Below, in pieces: positions 52,601 through 64,000 of a stretch of 64,000 bases of DNA (the stretch's first letter is position 1; each line of letters begins with the position of its first letter). The notes beneath the pieces were generated by a model, which saw only the letters and a program-made list of their open reading frames with translations, ran no database searches and was not told the origin of the DNA. Where the stretch lies: NCBI RefSeq assembly GCF_006345805.1, contig NC_043003.1, positions 91,512,001 to 91,576,000 on the forward strand, in the 5' to 3' direction. The position numbers and the translations under genes were made by a program. This DNA is from Octopus sinensis. Lineage: Eukaryota.

Positions 52601-55364
52601 ATACTCTTTTACCTGCTTCAGCTTGCAAGCTGTAGCCATCTCTGTTGGCCTGCATCTAAAGGTACTGTATAATGGGACTGAACCCAAACCACTTGGTTAA
52701 GAAGTGAACTTCTGAACCATACACCTATGCTTGCATCTCTTTCATATATACACACACACACACTTTTATACAATTCATACATACACATGTTCACACAGGC
52801 TTCTACACAACATCTGTCTACTGAATTCAACTAACAAGGGATTGATCAACAATGAACCTACGACAGGCTAAAGTGCCACATAGTGGGACTGATCTAGCAG
52901 TCACATGATTACAAAGCAAACCTTTTAACCACACAATCATATATTAGGATTTTCTAATTCCTCTTTGAATAGTCAAGCCATGAGATAATTAAAAGTATTA
53001 ACCTTTTAACATTTAAATTGGCCATATTGGGGCCCAAATATTCAACCTGTTTTACATTCAAATCAGCCAGATACCTCTCACACCTATCCTACAATGTCAT
53101 TCTAAAAATGTATAATCACATGATTGAAATCTCAAAGCTGTTAGATAATGGATAATTAATTCAAAACAATGTAAATAGATAACCATTACATTTGGCAGAA
53201 TAATCAGAATGCTAAAGGCTTAACCCTTTCGTTACTAACCCGACCCAAAAATTTTTTGGTTCATAATACCAACCCGGCCGAGAGAACCTATTGTTATTTA
53301 AATGTAAATTTGAACCCAAATCTCGTCAGTACATTCATTAAAACATGTGATTTCACATTGTAAATAGTTGAATTATAGTATCCGACATTGCTTGAAGTGA
53401 TATCTCAATTCAGTGAATTTTGGGAGATTTTTTCCCACATTTTTTTCAGCATCGATTTTTCTTCAACTTTAAAATGGATAGGAGTTTCATGTTATCAAGC
53501 ATTGATTCCGAATTTAAAACTTTTTCAATGGAAAATAGGGAGATATCGAGAAAAAGAATGAAATAGGTACAAAAGCACGTGGTGTACAAAATAATGAATA
53601 GGATATTTTTGTATCCGAAACCGAAAGCAGCAATTCCGAAGAAACAAAGTGGCGATGGCGACAGCAAAGACGATTTTACATCGGAATGAAGTAAAAAAAA
53701 CTTTTAAAATGTTTTTATTAACAATTTTTCTGAGGAGATAGAGTTTATCTATAGTCTTTCTTAGGAAGTGAAACCATTAGACTTTTATTTTTTTCAGTAT
53801 GCTAGTTTGAAGCGATCAATGCGGAAACAAATTTACGCAGATTGTAAACAAGCACAAAATGGGGGATCAAATTTCGGAAAATTTGTGAAGCAAATACTGG
53901 GTATTGCGTGGATTTAGTTTTTATACAGGGAAAATAATATCAGTCAGCATGGCCTAGGGAATGATGTGGTCTGGAATTTATCACTTCCGTACCATAACCA
54001 GGGCCGTATATTATTTTTTTACCGATTTCTTTAGTTCGGTCAAACTTGCAGTGGATTCCAGTATTTCAGTTTATTCCACCTTTATGGTACACCTGTTGTG
54101 CATTAAATTCAACTGATGATCTAGTGATGCGCACAATTCTTCTTTATCAAAATTTTGTTGCATACCCATTTGAATATTAGCTGATGATTCATTTTCTACG
54201 GTGATGTTTAAACAAAATTTTAATATTTTTACCTTTTGCTCAATTTACCTGGATTTACCTGTAATTAAAATCACTTTGAGACAAAAGTTATGCAATAGAA
54301 TTGATTAAGAACCCTTTCTTTAATTATGTTCCAAATATCACATTAATATGTTGATAAGTAAAAAAGTCAGTTATTTAATGAAACAAGCCTAGATTCATGA
54401 TTATTTTAGAATTTAATTGAAACTCATGAGGGGTGTATTTTGGTCAGAAATATAGTAACGAAAAGGTTAATGGTATAATTTGGTGAGATAGATTTTTTTT
54501 TTCTAAATCAAGAGTAACAAAATTGTGAATACATACTTTCAAGAAGTTGTGGTATAGTGGCATAGTTTTGGAACTGGTAGAAAGATCGTTCCAACATATA
54601 TTCAGGATTAATTTCTTCAACTCTCAACAAATTCAGGACCATGTTGTAGGTTAGATGAAAGGCACTATTCAAAGGATCAGCTTCTCCCTAAACAAAAAGG
54701 TTTCAATATTTTCCATAACTCAAAATTACTACAAAAGGAAAAACAAAGTATACACATCATCATCACCTTTCTTTAACACACATCTTCCATGCTGGCATGG
54801 GTTGAAGGTTTTGACTGGATCCAACAACCCAGAAGACTGTGTCAAGCTCCAAATGCTGCTTTGCATGGTTTCTACAGCTGCATGCCAATCCTAACCACTT
54901 CACAAAATGTATGGGGTGCTTTCTTTCATAACACTGACTCTAGTAAGGATACCAAGTAACTTGCAAAACAAAGAAAAGGGAAAAGGTTCCTTGACTGAAT
55001 GGGGGCGCAGTATTGAATGAAGTGGCTCCATGCCAAGTATTGAAAGGCTCTAGTATGATAGCAAGACAAGAACAGGTGTCTTGCTGAAGAGTAGATACAT
55101 GACTACCCAGCATTATATAATCAGGAGTGGGAATAGTTGGAAAGAGAGAGATAACAAATGAGGGTGATAAGAAGTCAGTACCTCCATTTAAAAACTGAGA
55201 CTTTGAAAATAATATGTTGCATAAGGTATGAAACTTGGGAAATTCTGACATTCATGCTTTCCTCAAGTAATAGCACTCATATGATTATGTCTAACACTTC
55301 AGAGTAAATTACAAACTCTATTCTAATACAAAAACAGTTTTGCAGCACAACATTTATTCAAAAT

Positions 55365-55400
<36 letters not shown>

Positions 55401-55915
55401 CAAAAAAATCAAATCAAATCAAATCAAATCAAAATAGATGAACATCAATGGAATTTGTATCCTTGTGGTACCAGTGCCGGTGGCACATAAGAAAACCATC
55501 CGAACGTGACCGTAGCCAGTACCGCATCGACTGGCCTCCGTGCTGAGGGCACGTAACAAACACCATCCGAGCGTGGCCGTTCGCCAGCCTCGTCTGGCAC
55601 CTGTGTCGGTGACACATAAGAAAACACCATCCGAGCATGGCCATCTGCCAGCCTCGTCTGGCACCTGTGTCGGTGGCACATAAAAAAACACCATCCGAGC
55701 GTGGCCGTCTGCCAGCCTCGTCTGGCACCTGTGTCGGTGGCACATAAAATCACCCACTACACTCTCGGAGTGGTTGGCGTTAGGAAGGGCATCCAGCTGT
55801 AGAAACACTGCCAGATCTGACTGGCCTGGTGCAGCCTTCGGGCTTGCCAGACCCCAGTTGAACCATCCAACCCATGCTAGCATGGAAAGCGGACGTTAAA
55901 CGATGATGATGATGA

Positions 55916-55951
<36 letters not shown>

Positions 55952-58900
55952 CTTAGGTGCAGATATGGCTACATACTTAAGAAGCTCACTTTGCAACTCA
56001 AGTTGACTTTGGGTTCAGTTCCATCATCATCATTGTTCGACGTGGTCGAGACAATGGAATTTACCATGCTACGCCAGACTTCACAGTCCATCATAGCATT
56101 ATGGAGGTCCTGTTGCTGGATGCCTGTATTCCTGGAGATTACATCAGGGTAGGAGAGTGTGCGCCCTCTGGTATTGCGAGTAGATGGCTTCCAGGAGAAG
56201 AGTAGAAATTGCCTCGTTTTCAGCTCTACAACAATGTCCAGCAAACTGGACTCTCCTACCTTTCACAAGAGATGATACAGGTGGTAGTTTCCCATATATT
56301 TGCATTTTGGTTGGATGACGCTTCCACGAGAGATTTTGAGCTCTCACAAGGAGGCGAGTGTAGGTTCCATCAAACCACCTCTCAAGCTTCTTTGATAATG
56401 TCCAGGTTTCTGAGCCATATAGTAGAATTGGTTTGACTGTGGCTTTGAAGATTTCAAGTTTAAAGTCTCTACTTAGATTTGATGACCAGATCTTATGCAT
56501 GTCATTACAGGCTGACCAGGCCATACCCTTTCTAGTTAGAAAGTCTTTTCCAGATGATGATATGTATGACCCAAGATATTTGTAATCAGAAACCATATTT
56601 AAGGGCGCATTGTTGAGAGTATGGATGATGCAATCACTGTTGGACAGGCACTTGTTTATATATTCAGTCTTGGCCTCATTGAGGTAAGGACCTACACAAT
56701 TTGAGGCTTGTTCGAGAGATTGTAAAAGAGACTGGGCATTGGAGAGAGAATCACTGATAAGAGCGATGTCGTCAGCAAAGTCAGTGTCTGTCAAGTATTC
56801 AGCTGGGTGTCTAGAACTTCTTCTAGGTTTTATTTCAAAACCCTTGCCAGAAATGGTATCAACTGACATACGTAGCACAGAGTGTCTTCTACTACAGCCC
56901 TAGGCTTTAGTGAATTTAGTAGATGGAAACTGTCAAGAATCCCATCACATATATATCTATGGGTATATGCTTCTTTATATTGACAATGCCTAATAGTTGT
57001 AAACAAATGCAATCATCATCCAAGCAGTGTTGTTTGTTTCCAATCTTCTGTGCAAACATGCCTGGTCAAGGGGAAATTATTACCATGCTTGGGAAGGAAC
57101 AAGTGAAGGTTAATCACAAGAAAGACATCTGGCCAAAGAAAAATCTGCCTTGATGAATTCTGTTTCATCCATGCAAGCATAGAAAAGTGATGATATATGG
57201 TAGGAGTTCACCAAAGAATGGTTCTCAGCCCCATCTTATTTATTATAGTCTTCTAGGCCATAACAGAGGAATTTAAGGCAGATTGCCCTTGGGAACTCCT
57301 CTATGATGATGACCTCGTTCTTATTGCTGAATCACTACCAGAACTAGAGAGGAAATTTCTGGTGTGAAAGTAAGGTCTGTAAGAGAGTTAATTTAACAAA
57401 AACCTAAGTCCTAGTAAGTAGGAAAACAGAAAAATCACTCATCCCTTCAGGAAGATGGCCCTGCTCAATATGAAAAAAATTGTTGGTAGAAGTGTACCCA
57501 GTGCAAGATATGGACACATAAGAAGTGCATGCATAAAACAAGTCTCTGTACACTGCATCTACCAATCCCACTTTCATGGAATTGATTGGGCTGGAGCTTT
57601 AGTAAAAGTCTCTTCTCTAAGATGTCATACAATAGGGCTGAACACAAAATCACATGGTTATGAAGCAAACTTCATAACCACATAGTCATCCAAAAAGAAT
57701 ATTTATATACACACACATGGAAAAATGGACGGACAGACAGACAAATAAAAAAACAGCCATGTATTTTCTATTTCCCACTGAAATTTTATATTTAATGGAC
57801 ATACATTATTAATAACTTAATGAAATATTTTATTCTAGAGAAAAGAGCAGGAAACTGAATATGTCCAGAGGTAAACAAACAGTAGCAGCCAATAACAATA
57901 AATGACATTAAAATTATAATTTATATTTCTCACTTGAACAATATTTTTAGCAGCCATAGGACTCATTTTCTCATCAACCATCAAGATAACAATACCACGG
58001 TCATCAATTCCACGACGTCCAGCACGACCACTCATTTGAATATATTCACCAGATGTTATCTAAATTTACAAAAGTAAATAAAAATATTAAAAAATAAAAA
58101 AAATAAATATTATGTAAATATATGGAGCTTTAAGAAAAAAGAAAAAGAAAAACCCATTTCCCAGCCTAACATGAACCAGAATGGTTTTCAAAACTAGATA
58201 CTTGTATGCAACTTAATGAAACAAGAGCTTATACAACAGAATGTTTTAACCCTTTTGATACCAATATACTTGAGACCACTTCTGGTTCAATGAGAGAAAC
58301 TTTGTTTTATAGTAATCTAAATTAAAACCTTAAATATCCATGTTAATCTATGCTTCAAACACCAGTTTAATAGTGACAAAGTTTTATAAAACTCTAATAC
58401 AAAACAAAGGCAGAGTATATAAAAAGAAATATAGTAACAAAAGGGTTAACCAACCAAGTCCTTATTGTCAGTATCTATTATGCATTATATTTTTCTAAGA
58501 TGGTATAAGTTTAGTAGGTTTACACCAGCCTTCCAGATATCTTTGTTGTTTCATGTGAAGTAGACAGTTTTCTCAGATCTAGCCTACTATACTACTACTT
58601 CCCAAATATTCCTTGTTTTGTTTCTGCTGTTATTTGATTATTGAGATACTACTAGCTATGTTGCAAAACTGCATGAGGTTTTGGTTCAAGCCTACATATA
58701 AGTAGATGCTTTTATTTACAAAAGAACAGAAAAAACAAACAAAAAAACTTACCCATCTAAAATCTTTACCATCAAACTTACGAGCAGAGGTGAATAAAAC
58801 TGTCCTGGCAGGCATATTAAGACCCATGGCAAATGTTTCTGTAGCAAACAGAGCCTAAAAGGAAGAGAAAAGAAAATGGAGAAAAATTATCTATCATTAA

Positions 58901-61900
58901 TACTGGACTATTTCTTGTACTAAATAAAACATGCAACTAGGCTCACAGAAATGACCCAATTGTTTCAGTATTTAACTACGGAATTTATGATTTAATTCAA
59001 ATTTTGATGGAGTCAACTATGTTTTTCATCAGTCTGAAGTTAATAAAATAAAGCACCAGTCAAATAGTAAGGCCAATGTAATTATCCTCCTTTTCTCAGG
59101 AATTTTCAGCCTTGTGCCTAAATCAGAAAGTATTGTTATTATGATTATTACTGAAAGAGTGGATTGGTACTTCTGGTTCCTTAAATTCTGATTTCAAACC
59201 CCATTGGAGTTTGATTTGCCTTTCATACTTTCAGTACCGAGATTTATGATTACTGAAAACTACTAGTTGTGCCCCTAAATCATCATCATCGTCTTAACTC
59301 ATATCTTCTTCCCTTACTTGAATTCATTAACAGCAAACAAAACAACAGCCTTTTGAATACAGGCAGTGTTATATGCTTCAATCAACCATGAAAGCACGTC
59401 CAAGCTTCTTAACATGTTATATAGACTCATAACTATGACCAGGATGTTTATTGCTCAATAGAATAGGGGACCATTACCTTGCTTCATAACAGGTGAGGGT
59501 TGGCAACAAAAAGGCTGTAGAAAAAATATGCCTCAAATTCCGTTTGACCCATGCAAGCATGAAAAGCAATGGATGTTAAAAAGATGATGAAAATAAGAAA
59601 AAAATTACTGGGTTGGAGCTACCAAATAATGAAGATAACAAATTTGAACAATTAACATGTTTCTATGGTGATTGAACTTTAGCTAGTTTTAAATGTTTTA
59701 AAAGGTAAGCAATATTACAAAAATTAATTTAACAAACATACATGAAACAGTATTAGGCCAAAATACTTGTGTATAAAACATTTACAAAGTATATGCAAAT
59801 GTAGAACAGCATCAGCTGTAATATTTTACAGAGAAACTTCTTAAAGAGATCTGTTAAAAAAAGGTAGTTTCAACATAACTTGGTCTCCTCAGGGACAACA
59901 CCTCCAGACAGTGTGAGCTATGCTGCAAAATATTTGTTCCAATATAGAAATTGATGAACAATAACTATTTACTGATCTGTGTTAGAAGCAGTACTAAAAT
60001 ACTGGTGTGTAAATGTTATACATATTGGTATTTTGATTAGAAAAATTATATAAATTAATCTTTAAATACAAACCTTGATGAGACCTTCAGCAAAAAGTAT
60101 CTCAATGGTCTCCTTCAAAAGAGGAAGTAAACCACCATGATGGATTCCAATTCCCTTTTTCAGTAAAGGAAGCACATTTTCAACCTGAAAATATTGTGTC
60201 AGAAGAAAAAGTTACCAAAAAATATCTTTTAATCCTATGATAAAATTGTTGTTTGATGTCAAAATACACAGTAAATATTAAAACTTCCTAAATTTAATAA
60301 CATTTATTTAAGAACAAAAATCATTTCAAAACATTTTCAGCTTATTAGCCAAACTGACATACTTTTAGTGTGACATCCTCTTTTTAAGATATTTTTTTAT
60401 GGGCAGTGCATGATGAAACTTTCGAGAATTAAGTTGTGAATGCATCATACTGGTAGCAAACAACAGACTAACTTGTAGAGATATTGGCTTTGATTATCTG
60501 TGATTTGCTGTGACTGACTGGTCATGCTACAGCAATGATTAGGAGCAGCTGCATTCTATATATTTGTGACATTCAAGTAATTAACCTCTCACTGCTTGTT
60601 TCTTTGAGATTTCTCAGGGTTCCAGGAGTGGAGGGGAAGCAAGTTATGGAGACAGCTAGCATTAAAAAGATTACATATTATATCAATGAGAAATGGACAT
60701 CAGAATTCACTATACTTTGAGTTCTGAGTTCAGATCTCACCTGGCTCTATATTGCTTTTCATTTTTCCATGTGTTAAGCACTGGATTAGATGTATATAGA
60801 CTACATCCTACAGATGAAGGGTAATGGGAATTATCTAAGATTGAATATTTTAAGTTCTAGAAGCATTATTAGTAAAGCACTAAGGCAGTTAATTCAATAC
60901 CCAAATAGCATTCATGGTGTTTTCTATTCATTTCAGTTAAAAATATGCAAATAAAGTATTTACAAAACCATAGAATTTTAGCAGAGAAAATAGTAAGACA
61001 AAATACATGTTTGTAGAGAAGGGGCCAACAGGGCATTACTTGAAAATCCAAAAATGATTATGAAATTCCTCTTTATTATCACAACTGTGTCAATTAAAAC
61101 AAAATAAAACAATACTGACCTGTGGCAATTTCTTGTCACTGTCTGACAAACTGTCAATGGCATTATTGAACACTTCCACAACTAAATTTTTTTCCTCGGC
61201 TTTAATTGAAAAAAAAGGATTTCAAAATCAATACCAGAAAACTAAACTGTAACACTCAATAATACTTTATATTATTGAATAGAGCTAAGCAAATAATGCC
61301 TCTTTAACATGATCACTGCTGTTTATTGAAATTACTTCACCACTCTTCTCCTAACAGAAGGTTAATGAACCTCCGTATTTTTCTTAAGAGATTATTTAGT
61401 TATAGCTCCAAAATAATTAACTGATTGAAGGACAAATCATCCACCAGATAGAAACCTAGTGAAGCACATAATATTACCAATAAAAGCTGTAATTTGGTCT
61501 CAAAATCCAAGTGAACGGAAATGAGTATTTCCTATGCTTTATATATTCTGTTACTTCAATATTTGCTGTTTTCTTTTTAACTGCTTCACTTTCTTTAGTT
61601 AAGATATTGGAAAATTTTGTTTCTATAGAGCAACTGATTAATGTTTTAACAGTTCCACTATTATAGGGGCTCATAAAGAACTCAATTCTTTAAATTTCAT
61701 ACGCGAAATAAATATGACTTCATGATCCTATAATACAAACAGCTTTTTTGCATTTGCTTTGCCAGCAGAATAAATATGTTTCTCAAATACTATGACCAAC
61801 ACATACAGTTCATTTAGCTGAGGACTATGGCTTTGAATTAGGCAAGTGCAAATCATTCTAAATACAGAAAATTTTAATGAAAATATTTTCCTGCAACTGA

Positions 61901-63380
61901 TTTTATTTGATTTGCTGAGGCAAATGTTTCACAACAGAATGTTGAGGAAACAGCCATAATCTTAACTGCTTGCAAGAGAATATAACAATACCCATAGCAG
62001 TAACTTAAATATTTTTTGTTTTTGTCTTTCCTTTATTACTCAGAAATCCAATACCTAAACTATTTTCACTCACAGAAGATCTTCACAAAATTTTGGACCA
62101 ACTTTCAATTTTATCTTACAAGAGCTCACCTTAATAATTATTTGTACAGAATAACATACTTATTGGTATTATTATCTATGGTTGACATCTAATAAAGATT
62201 TGGAATTTTTAGCATTACCTACCTATTCCAAACACATTCATGAATGCGGATCAAGTTAAAATAGCTTATACTGAGAATCAAAATTTAGTCACAAATTTAG
62301 CTCACTAGTAACATATCACACCATTATGAAAAGAAAACCAATGTGGTATTTACCAGAGTTAAAATCCAGTTTGGTCAGTTGGAGAGCATAAGCTTCACAA
62401 TCCTTCTTGCTAAAACTAAACACAATTACAGGAGCAAAGTTTCTTTCCATAATCATCTTCACAATTTTGTAGCAGTTGGAATTATCTGAGGTTTCAACAA
62501 AAAAAAAAGAGAAACTGTAGGTTTTGATTTGTTTTTAACCCTTCTGATACCAACCCACCTGAGACCGCCTCCACTTCTATGACAAAATCCCTCAATCATC
62601 ATCATCGTTTAACATCCATTTTCCATGCTAAGGCAAATTTAAGCTAAAATTTTCCACCATAATTTTATGAAAAAACATTTTCAAGTTATACGTTCCAAAT
62701 ATATCTATCTTAATAATGAAAACCTTTGTTACTTCACTTAATTCCTTTTAATTAATTTAAACAGAGTAATTCATTAAAAGTATGGTCATCAAAGGACTAA
62801 TATATTCAAATAGAAAAGATTTATGAGAAGGAAATGTTTTTAATAAGTTGCTCAACACCAACTAATACTGTTATTAAATAACTTCAAACAAATTAAATTG
62901 GGATTATATATATATATATATAAAATCATCATCATTGTTTTAATGTCTACTTTTCCATGATGAGACAGAGTTTTCTCTGACCGGATTTCCTTCTTGTTGC
63001 TATCCCCCACCTATTTCCAAGTGATATAATAATCTCTGTCTATCAAAGAATACCTTGCACATGTTTACATGGAATACCAAAACAAAATAACATTGAAATA
63101 AGCGTTTTTTGTTTACAATTGTTGCACAACTTCTCAAGAAGCTCAGATATGCATTCATAGGGGAATGTAAGCAAATAACACCATTAGTGAAGGTGTTACT
63201 TACAACCAAAGAATGAACACACACACATACATGATGGACTTATTTTAGTTTCCATCTACTAAACCCATTCACAAGGCTTTGGTTTGACCAGTTGGCTATA
63301 GTGGAAGATAATTCTGCAAGGTGCTGTGCAGTAGGAGTGAACCTGAAAATTCTTAACCACACAGCTATGCCAGTAACTAT

Positions 63381-63414
<34 letters not shown>

Positions 63415-63744
63415 CGTCCATATAGAGATTTAACTTACCTCTGACATTGCCTTTCCTTCCACGAAGTCCCATATCTCCTCGAGCGTTTCCCCCAGCTTCT
63501 TGTAAAACTTGCATGGCAGTTGCAAAATTCTCTTCTCTAAATTCTCCCTGGCATATGTATATAAGGAAACAGAATATTCAGTTAAACCATTGTGTGTGTG
63601 TTTGTTTTAAGCTTTAAAATACCATTATAACAGGGGCATACTTACATTCTCATCTACCACTAAATGAATGCCATCACCACCTGCAGGGAAGATGTAATGT
63701 TGCAATGGAGTTGGTCGATAATCAGTGTAAACAACATGACATGG
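37131..63744 (-). CDS. MTREX: Exosome RNA helicase MTR4 (Ski2-like), C-terminal 740 aa in 19 exons; 5' exons outside window
   Basis: Manually spliced GT-AG exons sum to 2223 nt with consistent phases. Helicase motifs IV (FSFSKKDCE), [12 protein letters not shown] ([15 protein letters not shown]) and VI ([10 protein letters not shown]), KOW/arch ([10 protein letters not shown]) and C-terminus [14 protein letters not shown] are collinear with human MTR4 as I recall it. Confidence 0.97.
37404..39038 (+). mobile_element. Degraded mariner in MTREX last intron, interrupted by a SINE
   Basis: Transposase remnants [27 protein letters not shown] and KKCVNCKG; right TIR AAATTTTCCAGCTGACCCTTG; SINE at 38475-38864 with CTGTT duplication. 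Confidence 0.85.
39541..39962 (-). mobile_element. Well-preserved tRNA-derived SINE, most abundant family in the window
   Basis: A-box TGGCTGTGTGG, B-box GGTTCAGTCCC, internal CA/TA microsatellite; partial copies near 4.5, 5.6, 12.9, 31.5, 38.5, 50.0, 57.6 and 63.3 kb. Confidence 0.85.
40678..40782 (-). CDS. MTREX: MTREX exon ([34 protein letters not shown])
   Basis: ttaacag acceptor, GTATCG donor, 105 nt, ratchet helix. Confidence 0.96.
42042..42204 (-). CDS. MTREX: MTREX exon ([54 protein letters not shown])
   Basis: ttttacag acceptor, GTATAA donor, 163 nt. Confidence 0.96.
43728..43890 (-). CDS. MTREX: MTREX exon ([18 protein letters not shown]...LRGPLRIMQ)
   Basis: ttttcag acceptor, GTAAGT donor, 163 nt. 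Confidence 0.95.
44093..45344 (+). mobile_element. 1252-bp non-autonomous piggyBac-like element, copy 1
   Basis: TTAA TSD on both sides (44089-92, 45345-48), TIR CCCTTTCGTTACTA, no transposase ORF. Confidence 0.88.
46704..46867 (-). CDS. MTREX: MTREX exon ([54 protein letters not shown])
   Basis: ttttag acceptor, GTAATC donor, 164 nt. Confidence 0.95.
47609..47704 (-). CDS. MTREX: MTREX exon ([32 protein letters not shown])
   Basis: tttcag acceptor, GTAAAT donor, 96 nt. Confidence 0.95.
47961..48053 (-). CDS. MTREX: MTREX exon ([31 protein letters not shown])
   Basis: tttcag acceptor, GTATAA donor, 93 nt. Confidence 0.95.
48860..49715 (+). pseudogene. Decayed copy of the RTE-like LINE (antisense in MTREX intron)
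   Basis: Same RT and Cys-rich finger ([21 protein letters not shown]) with stops; a more decayed third piece lies at ~57200-57540. Confidence 0.88.
50275..50385 (-). CDS. MTREX: MTREX exon ([37 protein letters not shown])
   Basis: tttctag acceptor, GTACTC donor, 111 nt. Confidence 0.94.
50509..50628 (-). CDS. MTREX: MTREX exon ([19 protein letters not shown]...[12 protein letters not shown])
   Basis: ttttcag acceptor, GTATTG donor, 120 nt. Confidence 0.92.
51090..51490 (-). pseudogene. C-terminal fragment of an RLE-type (NeSL/Hero-like) non-LTR retrotransposon
   Basis: KLTVPHEDY...[31 protein letters not shown]...[13 protein letters not shown] resembles ELTVP..E..IEVGCRGF..WIW.KR. Confidence 0.7.
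51819..51890 (-). CDS. MTREX: MTREX exon ([24 protein letters not shown])
   Basis: ttttctag acceptor, GTAAAC donor, 72 nt, KOW. Confidence 0.94.
52367..52539 (-). CDS. MTREX: MTREX exon ([29 protein letters not shown]...FLQPGRLIK)
   Basis: tgtag acceptor, GTAAGT donor, 173 nt, arch stalk. Confidence 0.95.
53224..54466 (-). mobile_element. 1243-bp non-autonomous piggyBac-like element, copy 2, inverted relative to copy 1
   Basis: TTAA at 53220-23 and 54467-70; reverse complement aligns end to end with 44093-45344 (roughly 95% by eye). Confidence 0.88.
54537..54687 (-). CDS. MTREX: MTREX exon ([50 protein letters not shown])
   Basis: tttag acceptor, GTATGT donor, 151 nt, winged-helix region. 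Confidence 0.96.
55420..55919 (+). mobile_element. RTE-like 3' tail copy with 64-67-bp tandem units, flanked by (TA)n
   Basis: Unit starts at 55496, 55563, 55627 and 55691; (GAT)n tail; preceded by (AAATC)n. Confidence 0.85.
56021..56872 (-). mobile_element. 5'-truncated LINE of a different RT family, inserted into a SINE
   Basis: ORF 56144-56878 with [17 protein letters not shown] and [11 protein letters not shown]; (ATG)n tail near 56022; SINE head left of it and SINE continuation from ~56875. Confidence 0.85.
57934..58059 (-). CDS. MTREX: MTREX exon ([42 protein letters not shown])
   Basis: tttag acceptor, GTGAGA donor, 126 nt, motif VI. Confidence 0.96.
58250..58445. mobile_element. 196-bp TTAA MITE related at one end to the 1.25-kb element
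   Basis: TTAA flanks; right end GAAATATAGTAACAAAAGGG matches the element terminus CCCTTTCGTTACTATATTTC. Confidence 0.7.
58753..58854 (-). CDS. MTREX: MTREX exon ([34 protein letters not shown])
   Basis: ttttag acceptor, GTAAGT donor, 102 nt, motif V. Confidence 0.96.
60074..60184 (-). CDS. MTREX: MTREX exon ([37 protein letters not shown])
   Basis: ttttcag acceptor, GTTTGT donor, 111 nt. Confidence 0.95.
61120..61199 (-). CDS. MTREX: MTREX exon ([26 protein letters not shown])
   Basis: aag acceptor, GTCAGT donor, 80 nt, phase matches neighbours. Confidence 0.93.
62354..62485 (-). CDS. MTREX: MTREX exon ([43 protein letters not shown])
   Basis: cag acceptor, GTAAAT donor, 132 nt, helicase motif IV. 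Confidence 0.95.
63439..63547 (-). CDS. MTREX: MTREX exon ([20 protein letters not shown]...GRKGNVR)
   Basis: cag acceptor, GTAAGT donor, 109 nt. Confidence 0.93.
63646..63744 (-). CDS. MTREX: MTREX exon ([33 protein letters not shown])
   Basis: ttacag acceptor, GTAAGT donor, 99 nt. Confidence 0.95.
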
Positions 63745-64000
63745 CTGTAAAAAAAATACAAAGATACAAATATAGAAAGTTTGGGGACATATTTTCCATA
63801 AGGAGTCAAAAAAAAGGTTTCAAAAGTTAGTTATTTGTTAATTTTGATTCTGCTATCTCTCACAAAATTTTACTGTGGAAGTGGTGCTTAATATGATTGA
63901 TTTCTGACAGAGTAATTTATCGAGTGGCCTGGCTCTCTGTTGGTTATGATGAGTGTTCCAGTTGGTTCAATTAATGGAACAGCCTACATGTGAAATTAAC

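Overview
AT-rich, repeat-dense animal genomic DNA; the SINE/LINE repertoire and (TA)n/(CA)n microsatellites resemble an octopus (coleoid cephalopod) genome, which is an inference from repeat-family recall. The only host gene I can support is MTREX (SKIV2L2/MTR4, nuclear exosome RNA helicase) on the minus strand. It has 19 GT-AG exons from 63744 to the stop at 37131, totalling 2223 nt (740 aa plus stop) with consistent phases; its 5' part lies beyond the right edge. The rest is transposon-derived: a young 5'-truncated RTE-like LINE with a Cys-rich finger inside the RT region, two R4/Dong-like LINEs in an (AAT)n-punctuated SINE nest, three dead mariners, a Tc1-like remnant, Gypsy-type integrase remnants, TTAA (piggyBac-like) non-autonomous elements and many tRNA-derived SINEs. 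Best leads: (1) a ~480-bp palindrome of a tRNA-headed element with a minimal hammerhead-ribozyme motif in each arm (4008-4485); (2) two inverted ~1.25-kb TTAA elements bracketing the seven arch-domain exons of MTREX; (3) a 221-bp near-perfect direct duplication that fits a giant target-site duplication around an RTE 3'-transduction; (4) an MTREX exon with duplicated out-of-frame splice acceptors and a U39 tract after its donor.
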